DNA from: Clostridiales bacterium
GTDB taxonomy: Bacteria; Bacillota; Clostridia; Christensenellales; Aristaeellaceae
Direction: 5' to 3'
Assembly: GCA_015056325.1 (NCBI GenBank)
Contig: SVGL01000003.1
Location: 82,927 to 146,926 of the forward strand
DNA length: 64,000 nucleotides
In this document: piece after piece, positions 17,644 to 27,134 of the stretch
Position numbering within the stretch: the first letter of the stretch is position 1
Layout: each line of letters begins with the position of its first letter
Notes under the pieces: model-generated
Seen by the model: only the letters and a program-made list of their open reading frames with translations
Told to the model about the DNA's origin: nothing
Databases searched by the model: none
Translations under genes and position numbers: made by a program

Positions 17644-19497
17644 ATGAAGAGGATGCTGGGATTATTGTTGGCATTGGTGATGCTTTGGGGTGCAGCCGCT
17701 GCACAGGAGCAGGAGGATAAAGTGCGCCGCTGGATGGAATTGGCGCAGCAGGGAGACGCGGTGGCCCAGTACAATCTGGCGGTCTGCTATTACTATGGGC
17801 GGGGTGTGGCGGTTGATCATCAGCAGGCGGTGTATTGGTACGAAAAGGCTGCCGCGCAGGGCGATCCGGATGCGATGAATAACCTCGGCATCCACTATTA
17901 CAACGGCGAAGGCGTGGCGGTGGATTACGGCAAGGCATTCTACTGGATCAGCCAGGCAGTAGAACATGGCGCCGCTGACGGGCAGTATAACCTGGCCCGG
18001 TGCTATGATGACGGCATTGGCGTTGAGGAGAATGCGGAGCTTGCGTTCTATTGGTACGAGAAGAGTGCTGCGCAGGGGAGCCTGAAGGCAGTATACATGG
18101 TGGGCTGCTGCTATTATGACGGTGAGGGCGTGGCGCAGGACTATGCGCAGGCGTTCCGCTGGTTCCAGACAGGAGCGGAGCAGGGGCACGGGCCAGCGCA
18201 GTATATGCTGGGCTTGTGTTACCTTGACGGACACGGCACAGCGAAAAACTACGAACAGGCAGCGCACTGGCTCATGCTTGCGTCGGATCAGGACGGGAAT
18301 CCTGCGGGCGAGGCGGACGAAGTATTTGCCGCAGCTTCTGCATCACTGGCAGAGGAGGACAACACGGTGGTCATCGTTTCGCTGAACAAAACGCCGACCA
18401 CCCCTGCTGCCCAGTATGAGATGGGCAGGCATTACTTCCTGGGGGAGGGCGTGCCAAAGGATTACCCAAAGGCGATCGGGCTTCTTCAGATGGCCGCGGA
18501 AGCAGGGCATCTGGAGGCTGCATACATGCTGGGCATATGCTATTCTTATCAGGCCGAGGGCCTTGAGCAGGATTTTCCGCAGGCGGTCCGCTGGTTTACT
18601 TTGGCTGCGGAGAAGGGGCATGCGCAGGCGCAGTACCTCTTGGGCTTTTTGTATCTGCGCGGTCTGGGGATAGAAAAGGATTATGTCCAGGCGCTGGCAT
18701 GGATCAGCGCCTCCGCAGAGCAGGGGCTTCCCCAGGCACTGTACCAACTGGGCACAATATACGCGGAAGGCCTCGGTGTGGAAAAGAACGAGGATCGGGC
18801 GGCGCAATACTACAGGGAGGCTGCATCCTGTGCCGATGAGGAGGGCAAGTACAGCCTGGGTATTGCGTATTACCGGGGCGATGGCGTGGAAAGGGACGTC
18901 CGAAAGGCTGCGCAGTGGATGCTGTCCGCTGCCAATCAGGGGCATGCAGAGGCACAGTACTTGCTGGGTATGATGTACTTCAGCGGCGAGGGCGTGGAGC
19001 AGGATGTTCAGCAGGCTGTCTACTGGCTTGGACAATCTGCCGAACAGAACGAGCCCAATGCGCAGTACAGATTGGGCCAGTGCTACTGGGATGGCCTGGG
19101 CGTCATCCAGAATGTTGAGCGGGCTTCCTACTGGTACACACTGGCTTCGCTGCAGGGTCATGCAGGGGCGCAATATGCCCTTGCGAGGTGCTTTGAGCTC
19201 GGATTTGGCATTGAGCAGGATCTTGAAATGGCTGCCCACTGGTACATACAAGCTGCAGAAGGCGGTCATAGCGAGGCGCAGTACACGCTGGCGATGTGCT
19301 ACGAGTTTGGCATCGGTGTGGAAGAGAATGCCCCAATGGCGCTGTACTGGTATACTGTATGTGCAGAGCAGGGAGACGTGAACGCTCAGCTCTGGGTGGC
19401 CACCTGCTATGAAAAGGGGATTGGCACGGAGCCTGATGCAGAGAAGGCGGCCTACTGGCGCGCCCGGGCGGCTGAAAACGACGATAGTGAAGAATAA
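17644..19497 (+). CDS. Secreted Sel1-like repeat protein, 617 aa (paralog of 8153..11980)
   Basis: Signal peptide MKRMLGLLLALVMLWGAAAAQEQ and SLR repeats throughout. It shares the non-SLR central segment IVSLNKTPTTPAAQYEMG with the larger paralog. Confidence 0.9.
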   Translation: MKRMLGLLLALVMLWGAAAAQEQEDKVRRWMELAQQGDAVAQYNLAVCYYYGRGVAVDHQQAVYWYEKAAAQGDPDAMNNLGIHYYNGEGVAVDYGKAFYWISQAVEHGAADGQYNLARCYDDGIGVEENAELAFYWYEKSAAQGSLKAVYMVGCCYYDGEGVAQDYAQAFRWFQTGAEQGHGPAQYMLGLCYLDGHGTAKNYEQAAHWLMLASDQDGNPAGEADEVFAAASASLAEEDNTVVIVSLNKTPTTPAAQYEMGRHYFLGEGVPKDYPKAIGLLQMAAEAGHLEAAYMLGICYSYQAEGLEQDFPQAVRWFTLAAEKGHAQAQYLLGFLYLRGLGIEKDYVQALAWISASAEQGLPQALYQLGTIYAEGLGVEKNEDRAAQYYREAASCADEEGKYSLGIAYYRGDGVERDVRKAAQWMLSAANQGHAEAQYLLGMMYFSGEGVEQDVQQAVYWLGQSAEQNEPNAQYRLGQCYWDGLGVIQNVERASYWYTLASLQGHAGAQYALARCFELGFGIEQDLEMAAHWYIQAAEGGHSEAQYTLAMCYEFGIGVEENAPMALYWYTVCAEQGDVNAQLWVATCYEKGIGTEPDAEKAAYWRARAAENDDSEE

Positions 19498-19502
19498 AAA
19501 GC

Positions 19503-19550
19503 AACAGCCATGGATGATCCGCACAGGAGGCGGGATCCATGGCTGTTTGT
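19503..19550. terminator. Bidirectional terminator between the Sel1 gene and the C11 peptidase gene
   Basis: AACAGCCATGGAT ... ATCCATGGCTGTT 13-bp perfect arms flanked by A-rich and T-rich runs. Confidence 0.7.
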
Positions 19551-19554
19551 GTCT

Positions 19555-21912
19555 TCAGTGGAAAAACGCGGCCAAAGTTCTGAGGTTGATGTTGGGGTTG
19601 AGGCTCAGTCCGCTGATGGTACCCAACAGCATGTTGCCCGCGTCGTTCAGCTCCAGGGAGAAGCTGCAGCTGCGCAGTTCGCTGCCGTATTTGGGGATGC
19701 TGTTCAGACCATAGGACAGATGGATGGAGCTCTTCTGACCCGCAGGAATCGACCAGGTGCCCGAGGCCGGGCTGGTGATGCTCCAGGCTTTGCCGTTGAC
19801 GCTGAGGTCGCACAGGCGGAAGGAATAGGCGTCCGCCGTGTGGTTTTCCAGTTCAATCAGCAGCCGGGCCTCATAATCGTTGACGGCGATGATGCGGCAG
19901 TGGATGTCAAGCCGCGGCTCAGGCAGCGAGAAGGTGCGCTGATAAAGGATGAGCTCCTCCAGCGGACGGATGGGCGTCAGCTCAGTGGTGAAAACATGGT
20001 TGAAGCTGTCCGTGATCTCAAAGGCGGCGTAGCGCTGTCCATGGGCTTCCTGCTTGAACTGGAAGGAAAGATTGCTGCCTGTGGGAACGGGGAAGTTTTC
20101 ATACAGGGTCTGATTGTCGGCCGTCTCAGCGCGCCACAGCTCGTAGGGCAGCAGGAGGTCATTCCTGCGGGTGGCAAGGCTGGGTCGGGTGACGAAGTGC
20201 AGGTACTGGTAGTTCTCGGGGGAGTCGTCCATACGGGAGGTGAAGGATTCCGTCATGGAATCGTAGCCCTGCACGGTGCTCAGGTGCATCAGGCCATTTT
20301 CATCTGGCGGGGAAAGGGTGATCTGCATCAGGTGGCTGACACCCGGCTCGTCATCCTTGGCGGAGGAGAGGTAGCCGGGTTTTATGTTGGCTGCCATGAC
20401 CTGTATGCGGTACTCGCCGGAGTCCAGCAGCATGAAGGGGATCGCATCGGAGAAGGTATCAACGCCGGTGTCGGTGGTATAGTTGATAATCATGCACTCG
20501 TCGTTGTAGGGCGCGGTGATGCGGCCGTCCTCGCTGATGGCGACATTGGTGGAGCCGTAAACACGGGAGTAGAAAGCATTGGTACTGTCGGGCATGCAGT
20601 TGGTTTCAAAGATCACAAGTTTGGCGGAAACCAGATTATCCTGCTGGTCCTGCGTCAGCTGCAGGGAGACCTCGAAACCCTCATCCTTGCGGGAAACAGC
20701 GGGCGTCAAGCCGCGCCAGTCGACGGCGGCGCCGCCAGTCATGTAGTCTTTGAAGTTCTGGATATAGGCTGTATACCCGGGGCAGAACTCCAGGGCATTG
20801 TACATGTCCAGGCCGCTGGCGGCATAGCTGCCCAGGTTGAAGTAGGGGAAGTACACGGACAGGCCGTAGGAATTGGCGTGGGTACTGCGGGAATAGACAA
20901 TGGCCTGCTGCAGGGCGCTGCGCAGATGCTGTCCGGAGGTCAGCTGATACTTATCGAAGGAATCCAGCAGGCTGGTCATGTCCACCAGATCGTAGTCAGC
21001 GGTCTCTTCCGCACGGAAGTCACGGCCAAAGCCCTGTGCGTAGTGGCGCAGGTTGGACATATCCAGGAACATGCGCTCATCCAGCAGCCCGTTCAGGTCG
21101 GTGAAGAACAGATTCATATGATGAACGACGTCCTGTATCTTGTCCAGGTCAATGCAGGAAAGCGTCAGGCTGTGGCCCTGGGACGGATCTGCAGAGTCGA
21201 TGTACAGATCAATGATGCGGCGGGCGGTGTCCACAGGGGCGGCGTCATATTCCAGCCCGCGCAGAAAATCGTAATGCCAGCCGCTGCCGGGCTCAGTTTC
21301 CTCGGAGGCAACCATGTAACGGGCGTATTCGGAGAGCTGCCAGGCGGTTTCCACCGAGCCCATCAGGCAGGCGTCGAAGCCGATGATGTCCAGCTTGCGT
21401 TCAGCAAAAGGACTCTGCTTCAGGCCTTCCACCATCTCGGGGATGGTCAGGGAGTCCTTGCTGTAGTTCTCGTCCCAGCATACGCCCTTGATCGGGCCGC
21501 CGCCGTGGTCCCAGAAGATGAGCATGTAGCGGTCCGTATGGAGCTTGGAATACACGGTATCCAGAAAGAAGCTCAGGGTGCTGCTGTCCGCCATGTTGCG
21601 GCTTTCGCCTTCCCACAGGGGGCTCAGGGTGTTGCCGCGCAGCTCGTAGATGCCGGAGGCTTCCGGGTTGATGCGGTGATCCAGCCATTGGGAGGAGCCG
21701 CCGGTCATCAGCACCACATTGGTGACGCGGGGGGTGAAGCTGGCCTGGACCATCTCGGTGATGTCACGGGTTGCCAGGCCGTACTGGCTTTCCAGATTGC
21801 TGCCGCACATATAGACCATCACCGTGGTGGTGCAGGGCGTGTCCGCATGTGCAGGAGAAAAAGGCAGGCAGAGGAACAGCGCGAAAAGAAGAGAAAGTAA
21901 GCGTCTGGTCAT
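19555..21912 (-). CDS. Secreted clostripain-family (MEROPS C11) cysteine peptidase with a long C-terminal extension
   Basis: Track ORF trimmed to MTRRLLSLLFALFLCLPFSPAHA (AAGGAG RBS). The catalytic His context is LIFWDHGGGP and the Cys context is IIGFDACLMGS. About 400 aa lie C-terminal to the protease domain. Confidence 0.85.
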   Translation of the reverse strand: MTRRLLSLLFALFLCLPFSPAHADTPCTTTVMVYMCGSNLESQYGLATRDITEMVQASFTPRVTNVVLMTGGSSQWLDHRINPEASGIYELRGNTLSPLWEGESRNMADSSTLSFFLDTVYSKLHTDRYMLIFWDHGGGPIKGVCWDENYSKDSLTIPEMVEGLKQSPFAERKLDIIGFDACLMGSVETAWQLSEYARYMVASEETEPGSGWHYDFLRGLEYDAAPVDTARRIIDLYIDSADPSQGHSLTLSCIDLDKIQDVVHHMNLFFTDLNGLLDERMFLDMSNLRHYAQGFGRDFRAEETADYDLVDMTSLLDSFDKYQLTSGQHLRSALQQAIVYSRSTHANSYGLSVYFPYFNLGSYAASGLDMYNALEFCPGYTAYIQNFKDYMTGGAAVDWRGLTPAVSRKDEGFEVSLQLTQDQQDNLVSAKLVIFETNCMPDSTNAFYSRVYGSTNVAISEDGRITAPYNDECMIINYTTDTGVDTFSDAIPFMLLDSGEYRIQVMAANIKPGYLSSAKDDEPGVSHLMQITLSPPDENGLMHLSTVQGYDSMTESFTSRMDDSPENYQYLHFVTRPSLATRRNDLLLPYELWRAETADNQTLYENFPVPTGSNLSFQFKQEAHGQRYAAFEITDSFNHVFTTELTPIRPLEELILYQRTFSLPEPRLDIHCRIIAVNDYEARLLIELENHTADAYSFRLCDLSVNGKAWSITSPASGTWSIPAGQKSSIHLSYGLNSIPKYGSELRSCSFSLELNDAGNMLLGTISGLSLNPNINLRTLAAFFH

Positions 21913-22043
21913 GGCGTGCTCCTTTGATGGGTGAAATTCAACGCTGCGGTATGGCTTGATTATAGCATGCTGGACCAGAAGCGTCAACGATAATCCTTCT
22001 CAGTCGATATAGTAATGAATCTGCAGGTTTTTTCGACGGGAGG

Positions 22044-22072
22044 TTGCAAAATAACATCAACTATGATATAAT
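22044..22072 (+). promoter_or_regulatory. Sigma-70-type promoter of the hydrogenase (hfs-like) cluster
   Basis: TTGCAA, 17 nt, TATAAT. The ~110-nt leader contains the hairpin ACGCCTG-cgggaa-CAGGCGT. Confidence 0.55.
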
Positions 22073-22181
22073 TTTAACGATGGTTAACCTGGAGATATAT
22101 GGGTTCTTGATCATCAGGAAGACTGGAAGCAGCATGACGCCTGCGGGAACAGGCGTGGAACAATAAGGGAGGACAAATGAC

Positions 22182-22421
22182 ATGAAGATTACGGTTTGCA
22201 TCGGCAGCTCCTGCCACATCAAGGGCTCCCGCCAGGTCGTTACCCAGCTGCAGAAGCTGATTGCGGAAAACAATATGGGCGACAAGGTCGAGCTGGGCGG
22301 TACCTTCTGCATGGGCAACTGCCAGAAGGGCGTGTGCGTCAAGGTGGACAATGATTTCCATTCCGTCTCCCCGGACATGGTGGAGGAGTTTTTCCTGAAG
22401 AACGTCAAGGAAAAGGTGTAA
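22182..22421 (+). CDS. Small thioredoxin-like [2Fe-2S] ferredoxin (NuoE/HndA fold), copy 1
   Basis: 79 aa with four Cys spaced CxxxxC ... CxxxC (VCIGSSCHIKG ... FCMGNCQ). GGGAGG RBS. Confidence 0.8.
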   Translation: MKITVCIGSSCHIKGSRQVVTQLQKLIAENNMGDKVELGGTFCMGNCQKGVCVKVDNDFHSVSPDMVEEFFLKNVKEKV

Positions 22422-22424
22422 GAC

Positions 22425-22673
22425 ATGATTATTCAGATTTGCGTGGGCAGTTCCTGTCATATCAAGGGCAGCGCTGAGATTGTGGAGCTGCTGCAATCTG
22501 CGGTGGCGGAGAATCATCTGGAAGGCGAAGTGACGCTGGCGGGCAGCTTCTGCATCGGCAAGTGCAACCGCATCGGCGTGACTGTGCAGGTGGATGACGA
22601 GGTTCACACCGGCGTGACGCCTGCGGGCTTCAGGGAGTTTTTCCAGGAGCATGTGCTGGCCAAACTGCGGTAA
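22425..22673 (+). CDS. Small thioredoxin-like [2Fe-2S] ferredoxin, copy 2 (tandem paralog)
   Basis: 82 aa with the same Cys pattern (ICVGSSCHIKG ... FCIGKCN). It starts 3 nt after the previous stop. Confidence 0.8.
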   Translation: MIIQICVGSSCHIKGSAEIVELLQSAVAENHLEGEVTLAGSFCIGKCNRIGVTVQVDDEVHTGVTPAGFREFFQEHVLAKLR

Positions 22674-22761
22674 GTGATGTTTTAAGTGGCAGATGGGTCC
22701 AAAGGGCTGCCGTCTGCGCCGCCATTTTTTGAACGAATGCAAGCGAAAGGAACAACAGACG

Positions 22762-24435
22762 ATGAATTGTCTGACGCTGAAGAAGTCCAACTGCATGAAC
22801 TGCTACAAGTGCATCCGCCACTGCCCGGTGAAGGCCATCCGCTTCTCCGGCGGCCAGGCGCACATCATCAACAATGAGTGCATCCTGTGCGGCGAGTGCT
22901 TTGTGGTGTGCCCTCAGAATGCCAAGGAGATCGTCAATGAGACGGAGAAGGTGCAGGTGCTTTTGCAAACCGGCGATCCCGTCGTCGTCAGCCTGGCCCC
23001 CTCCTTTGTGGCCAATTATCCCGGCGTTGGCATTGAGGCCATGACCCGTGCGCTGAAGAAGCTCGGCTTCTATGACGTGGAGGAGACCGCTGTGGGCGCC
23101 ACCATGGTCAAGAACGAGTACGAGCGCATGCTGCGCGAAGAGCCCCGTGATGTGGTGATCAGCTCCTGCTGCCACTCCATCAATCTGCTGATTCAGAAGT
23201 ACTTCCCCGAGGCGCTGGAGTACCTGGCGGATGTGGTCAGCCCCATGCAGGCCCACTGCCTGGATATCAAGAAGCGCATCCCCAATGCCAAGACCGTCTT
23301 CATCGGCCCCTGTGTGGCAAAGAAGGATGAGGCCGATCATTATGCCGGCATTGTGGATGCGGTGATGACCTTTGAAGAGCTGACCAACTGGCTGAAGAAG
23401 GAAGACATCCCGCTGGAAAAGATCATGGACGCCAAGGAAGAAAGCCGCGCCCGTTTCTTCCCCACCAGCGGCGGCGTTTTGAAGACCATGACCAACCGCC
23501 ATCCGGATTTCTCCTACCTGGCGCTGGACGGTGTGGAGAACTGCATGGCGGCTCTCAAGGAGATCGTGGCCGGCAAGGTGCACAAGTGCTTTATCGAGAT
23601 GAACGCCTGCGTGGGCGGCTGCGTGGGCGGCCCGATTATGGAGAAGTACTCCGCTGCCCGCATCCAGGATTACCTGGCTGTTGCAGCCTTTGCAGGCAAG
23701 AAGGACTTTCCTGTTGATCAGCCCGATAGCCTGGAACTGAAGAAGGGCTTCTCTTCGATCGCGCCCAAGGCAGTGGAACCCACTGAAGCTGAGATCTACA
23801 GCGTGCTGCGCCAGATGGGCAAGTTCCGCCCCGAGCAGGAGCTCAACTGCGGTTCCTGCGGCTACAACACCTGCCGCGAGAAGGCTATCGCCATCTGCCA
23901 GGGCAAGGCGGAGATATCGATGTGCCTGCCCTACCTCAAGGACAAGGCGGAATCCTTCTCCGACACCATCGTGGAGAACACCCCCAACGGCCTGATCGTG
24001 CTGAACGAGAAGCTGGAGGTCCAGCAGATCAACGGTGCAGCCCGCAGGCTCATGAACATCCGCTCCGCCTCCGATGTGATGGGCGCCCATGTGGCCCGCA
24101 TCCTGGACCCGGAAGTATTCCTGACCGTGCTCAATACCCGCCGCAATATCCTCAGCCACCGCGTTTATCTGGCAGAGTACAAGCGTTATGTGGATTTCTC
24201 CGTCATGTATGACTTTGACTCCCGCCTGCTCATCGGCATCATGCGCGATGTGACCGATGAGGAAACCGCCCGCGAGCGCAAGGAGGACATCAGCCAGAAG
24301 ACCATCGAAGTAGCCGATCGGGTGGTCGAAAAGCAGATGCGCATCGTGCAGGAGATCGCCTCCCTGCTGGGTGAAACCGCAGCGGAAACCAAGATCGCCC
24401 TGACCAAGCTGAAGGAGTCCATCATCAATGAATGA
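22762..24435 (+). CDS. Sensory-type [FeFe]-hydrogenase-like protein with C-terminal PAS domain (HydS / group C-like; hfsB-like)
   Basis: Track ORF trimmed to MNCLTLKK. It has two 4Fe-4S ferredoxin motifs (CMNCYKCIRHCP, CILCGECFVVCP), H-cluster-type motifs ISSCCHS, IGPCVAKKDE and EMNACVGGCVGGP, an extra CGSCGYNTC motif, and then a PAS-like C-terminus. Confidence 0.8.
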   Translation: MNCLTLKKSNCMNCYKCIRHCPVKAIRFSGGQAHIINNECILCGECFVVCPQNAKEIVNETEKVQVLLQTGDPVVVSLAPSFVANYPGVGIEAMTRALKKLGFYDVEETAVGATMVKNEYERMLREEPRDVVISSCCHSINLLIQKYFPEALEYLADVVSPMQAHCLDIKKRIPNAKTVFIGPCVAKKDEADHYAGIVDAVMTFEELTNWLKKEDIPLEKIMDAKEESRARFFPTSGGVLKTMTNRHPDFSYLALDGVENCMAALKEIVAGKVHKCFIEMNACVGGCVGGPIMEKYSAARIQDYLAVAAFAGKKDFPVDQPDSLELKKGFSSIAPKAVEPTEAEIYSVLRQMGKFRPEQELNCGSCGYNTCREKAIAICQGKAEISMCLPYLKDKAESFSDTIVENTPNGLIVLNEKLEVQQINGAARRLMNIRSASDVMGAHVARILDPEVFLTVLNTRRNILSHRVYLAEYKRYVDFSVMYDFDSRLLIGIMRDVTDEETARERKEDISQKTIEVADRVVEKQMRIVQEIASLLGETAAETKIALTKLKESIINE

Positions 24436-25597
24436 CCTTTGCGCGGATATCGGCTACAAAAGCATCAATCACGTCGGCGAGCAGCTCTGCGGCGACCATG
24501 TGGACATTGTGGAGCCGGACGAGAACTCCACGGTGATCGTTCTTTCTGACGGTCTGGGCAGCGGCGTGAAGGCGTCGATCCTTTCCACCCTGACCTCCAA
24601 GATCTTCTCCACCATGCTGGCTGCAGGCCTCCCCCTGGAGGAGTGCGTGGAGGCTGTCGCCCAGACGCTGCCGGTCTGTTCCGTGCGCGGCGTGGCGTAC
24701 TCCACCTTTACCATCATCCACCTCAAGGATAACGAGACTGCGGAGATCATCCAGTATGACAACCCGCAGGTCATCCTCATCCGCAACGAGAAGAATTTCG
24801 ACTACGCCAAGATCGAGATGAACATCGGCGGCAAGAAGATCCTCAAGTCCGTCATCAACCTGCGCGAGGGCGACCAGTTCATCGCCATGTCTGACGGCTG
24901 CCCCCATGCGGGCATCGGCATGGCCTATAACTTCGGCTGGAAGCGGGAGGACATCATCGACTTCATGGAATCCCTTGCGCCTGTGGGCTACACCGCCAAA
25001 ACCCTGGCAACCATGCTGGTGGACGAGTGCGACAAGCTCTACGGACATGCGCCCGGCGATGACGCCACTGCCTGCGTGGTGCGCATCCGCAAGCGCGAGC
25101 CCATGAACCTGCTCTTCGGCCCGCCCTTCAACCGTGACGACGCGGACCGTATGATGTCCCTCTTCTTCTCCAAGGAGGGCAAGCACATCATCTGCGGCGG
25201 TACGACTTCCTCCATCGCGGCCAAGTACCTGGGCAAGCCCCTGCGCGCCAAGCTGGACTTCACCTCCGACCTGCCACCCACGGCCGAGATCGAGGGCGTT
25301 GACCTGGTGACCGAGGGCGTCATCACCATGAACAAGGTGGTGGAGTATGCCAAGGACTACCTGGGGGAGAACAGCTTCTACGAGGAGTGGAGCTTCAAGC
25401 GGGACGGCGCGTCCCAGATCAGCCGCCTCCTCTTTGAGGAAGCCACGGACATCAACTTCTACGTCGGCCGCGCGATCAATCCGGCCCATCAGAACCCTGA
25501 ATTGCCCATCAACTTCAACATCAAGATGAACCTGGTGGAGGAGCTCTCGAAATGCCTGCGCCTGATGGGCAAGCGCATCAAGGTAAGCTACTTCTGA
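24428..25597 (+). CDS. PP2C/SpoIIE-family serine phosphatase
   Basis: Motifs GEQLCGDHVDIV and VIVLSDGLGSGVKAS. The ATG overlaps the HydS stop (ATGAATGA), which suggests translational coupling. Confidence 0.85.
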   Translation: MNDLCADIGYKSINHVGEQLCGDHVDIVEPDENSTVIVLSDGLGSGVKASILSTLTSKIFSTMLAAGLPLEECVEAVAQTLPVCSVRGVAYSTFTIIHLKDNETAEIIQYDNPQVILIRNEKNFDYAKIEMNIGGKKILKSVINLREGDQFIAMSDGCPHAGIGMAYNFGWKREDIIDFMESLAPVGYTAKTLATMLVDECDKLYGHAPGDDATACVVRIRKREPMNLLFGPPFNRDDADRMMSLFFSKEGKHIICGGTTSSIAAKYLGKPLRAKLDFTSDLPPTAEIEGVDLVTEGVITMNKVVEYAKDYLGENSFYEEWSFKRDGASQISRLLFEEATDINFYVGRAINPAHQNPELPINFNIKMNLVEELSKCLRLMGKRIKVSYF

Positions 25598-25640
25598 GCA
25601 TGTTTCCAAGCGTCGTATGTATATCTAAGGAGAATGTGCA

Positions 25641-27077
25641 ATGAGAAAGTTTGATACAAAGGTACAGTATCTGAAATACAAGGTGCTGCGCGAAGTGGCC
25701 CGCCGTGCCTGGGACGGTCTGACTGCCGAGGAGGTGCTGGATATCCCCAAGGTGATCGTCCCCGGTAAGGAGCCTACCATGCGCTGCTGCGTGTACAAGG
25801 AGCGTGCTATCCTCGGCGAGCGCGTCAAGCTGGCCATGGGCGGCAACCGCGGGGGCAACATCATCCAGGTGATCGATATCGCCTGCGATGAGTGCCCCGC
25901 TGCAGGCTATGAGGTGACCGGCTCCTGCCGCGGCTGCCTGGCCAACCGCTGTGAGGACGTGTGCAAGCGCAAGGCCATCTCCTTTGACCACAACCATGTG
26001 GCCCACATCAACAAGGCCCTGTGCGTGGAGTGCGGCCAGTGCGCCAAGGTCTGTCCCTTCGGCGCCATCGTCAACCGCAAGCGGCCCTGCCAGAACGCCT
26101 GCAAGATCAAGGCCATCGATATCCGTGAGGACGGCGCGGCCCAGATCAATGATGACAAGTGCATTCAGTGCGGCGCCTGCGTGTACCAGTGCCCCTTCGG
26201 CGCTATCAGCGACCGCAGCTTCATCATGGATGTTATCGACATCATCAACAAGTCTGAGGGCAATAAGGCCTACAAGGTCTACGCCATTGTGGCGCCGGCC
26301 TTCTCCAGCCAGTTCAGCCACGCCAGCGTCGGCCAGGCCATCACCGGCCTGAAGCAGCTGGGCTTCCACACCGTCATCGAGGCGGCGCTGGGCGCGGATA
26401 TGGTGGCCATGTCCGAATCCCGCGAGCTGGTGGAAAAGGTCGCCGAGAAGGGCGCCATGACCTCCTCCTGCTGCCCCGCCTTCGTGCGCTACATCAAGAC
26501 CGCCTTCCCCGCGCTGGCGGACTTCGTCAGCCACAATATGAGCCCCATGGCGGCCCTGGCCAAGTACATCAAGTCCACCGACAAGACCGCCAAGGTCGTC
26601 TTTGTCGGCCCCTGCACCGCGAAAAAGGCCGAGCGCGAGCTGGAGGGCGTGAAGGAGTATGTGGATGCGGTGCTGACCTTCGAGGAGCTGCAGGCCCTGT
26701 TTGACTCCAAGGAGATCGAGCTGACCGAGCTCACCGAGGACGTGCTGGACAACGCCTCCTACTTCGGCCGTATCTTCGCCCGCTCCGGCGGCCTGAGCGA
26801 GGCCGTGGCCCAGGCCCTGAAGGAGCAGAACATCGACTTCGAGGCCAAGCCCGTGATCTGCAGCGGCATCGAGGAGTGCCGCATGGCCCTGCTGAAGCTC
26901 TCGAAGAACCCCAAGATCCTGGGCGGCAACTTCATCGAGGGCATGGCCTGCCTGGGCGGCTGCATCAACGGCGCCGGCTGCCTGACCCACGGGGAGAAGA
27001 ACAAGAACGACGTGGACAAGTACGGCCGCGAGGCGATGGAGAAGACCATCTCCGACGCGGTGTCCATCCTGCAGTAA
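25641..27077 (+). CDS. [FeFe]-hydrogenase catalytic-type subunit (group B-like; hfsD-like)
   Basis: Several Cys clusters (CVECGQCAKVCP, CIQCGACVYQCP) and H-cluster motifs TSSCCPAFV, FVGPCTAKKAE and EGMACLGGCINGAG. AAGGAG RBS. Confidence 0.85.
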   Translation: MRKFDTKVQYLKYKVLREVARRAWDGLTAEEVLDIPKVIVPGKEPTMRCCVYKERAILGERVKLAMGGNRGGNIIQVIDIACDECPAAGYEVTGSCRGCLANRCEDVCKRKAISFDHNHVAHINKALCVECGQCAKVCPFGAIVNRKRPCQNACKIKAIDIREDGAAQINDDKCIQCGACVYQCPFGAISDRSFIMDVIDIINKSEGNKAYKVYAIVAPAFSSQFSHASVGQAITGLKQLGFHTVIEAALGADMVAMSESRELVEKVAEKGAMTSSCCPAFVRYIKTAFPALADFVSHNMSPMAALAKYIKSTDKTAKVVFVGPCTAKKAERELEGVKEYVDAVLTFEELQALFDSKEIELTELTEDVLDNASYFGRIFARSGGLSEAVAQALKEQNIDFEAKPVICSGIEECRMALLKLSKNPKILGGNFIEGMACLGGCINGAGCLTHGEKNKNDVDKYGREAMEKTISDAVSILQ

Positions 27078-27090
27078 AAGAGCATTAGCA

Positions 27091-27123
27091 AAGGCGGTAC
27101 GACGAAAATCGTACCGCCTGTTT
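27091..27123. terminator. Bidirectional terminator between the hydrogenase and DegV genes
   Basis: AGGCGGTACGA-cgaaaa-TCGTACCGCCT followed by GTTT, with an A-run upstream. Confidence 0.65.
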
Positions 27124-27134
27124 ATGTGCGTAAA

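Noticed and set aside
19510-26990. Antisense ORFs 19510..21900 (+), 22630..24159 (-), 24425..25609 (-) and 25578..26990 (-)
   Set aside because: They lie opposite the C11 peptidase and the hydrogenase-cluster genes, which carry catalytic and Fe-S motifs. There is no independent support for them.
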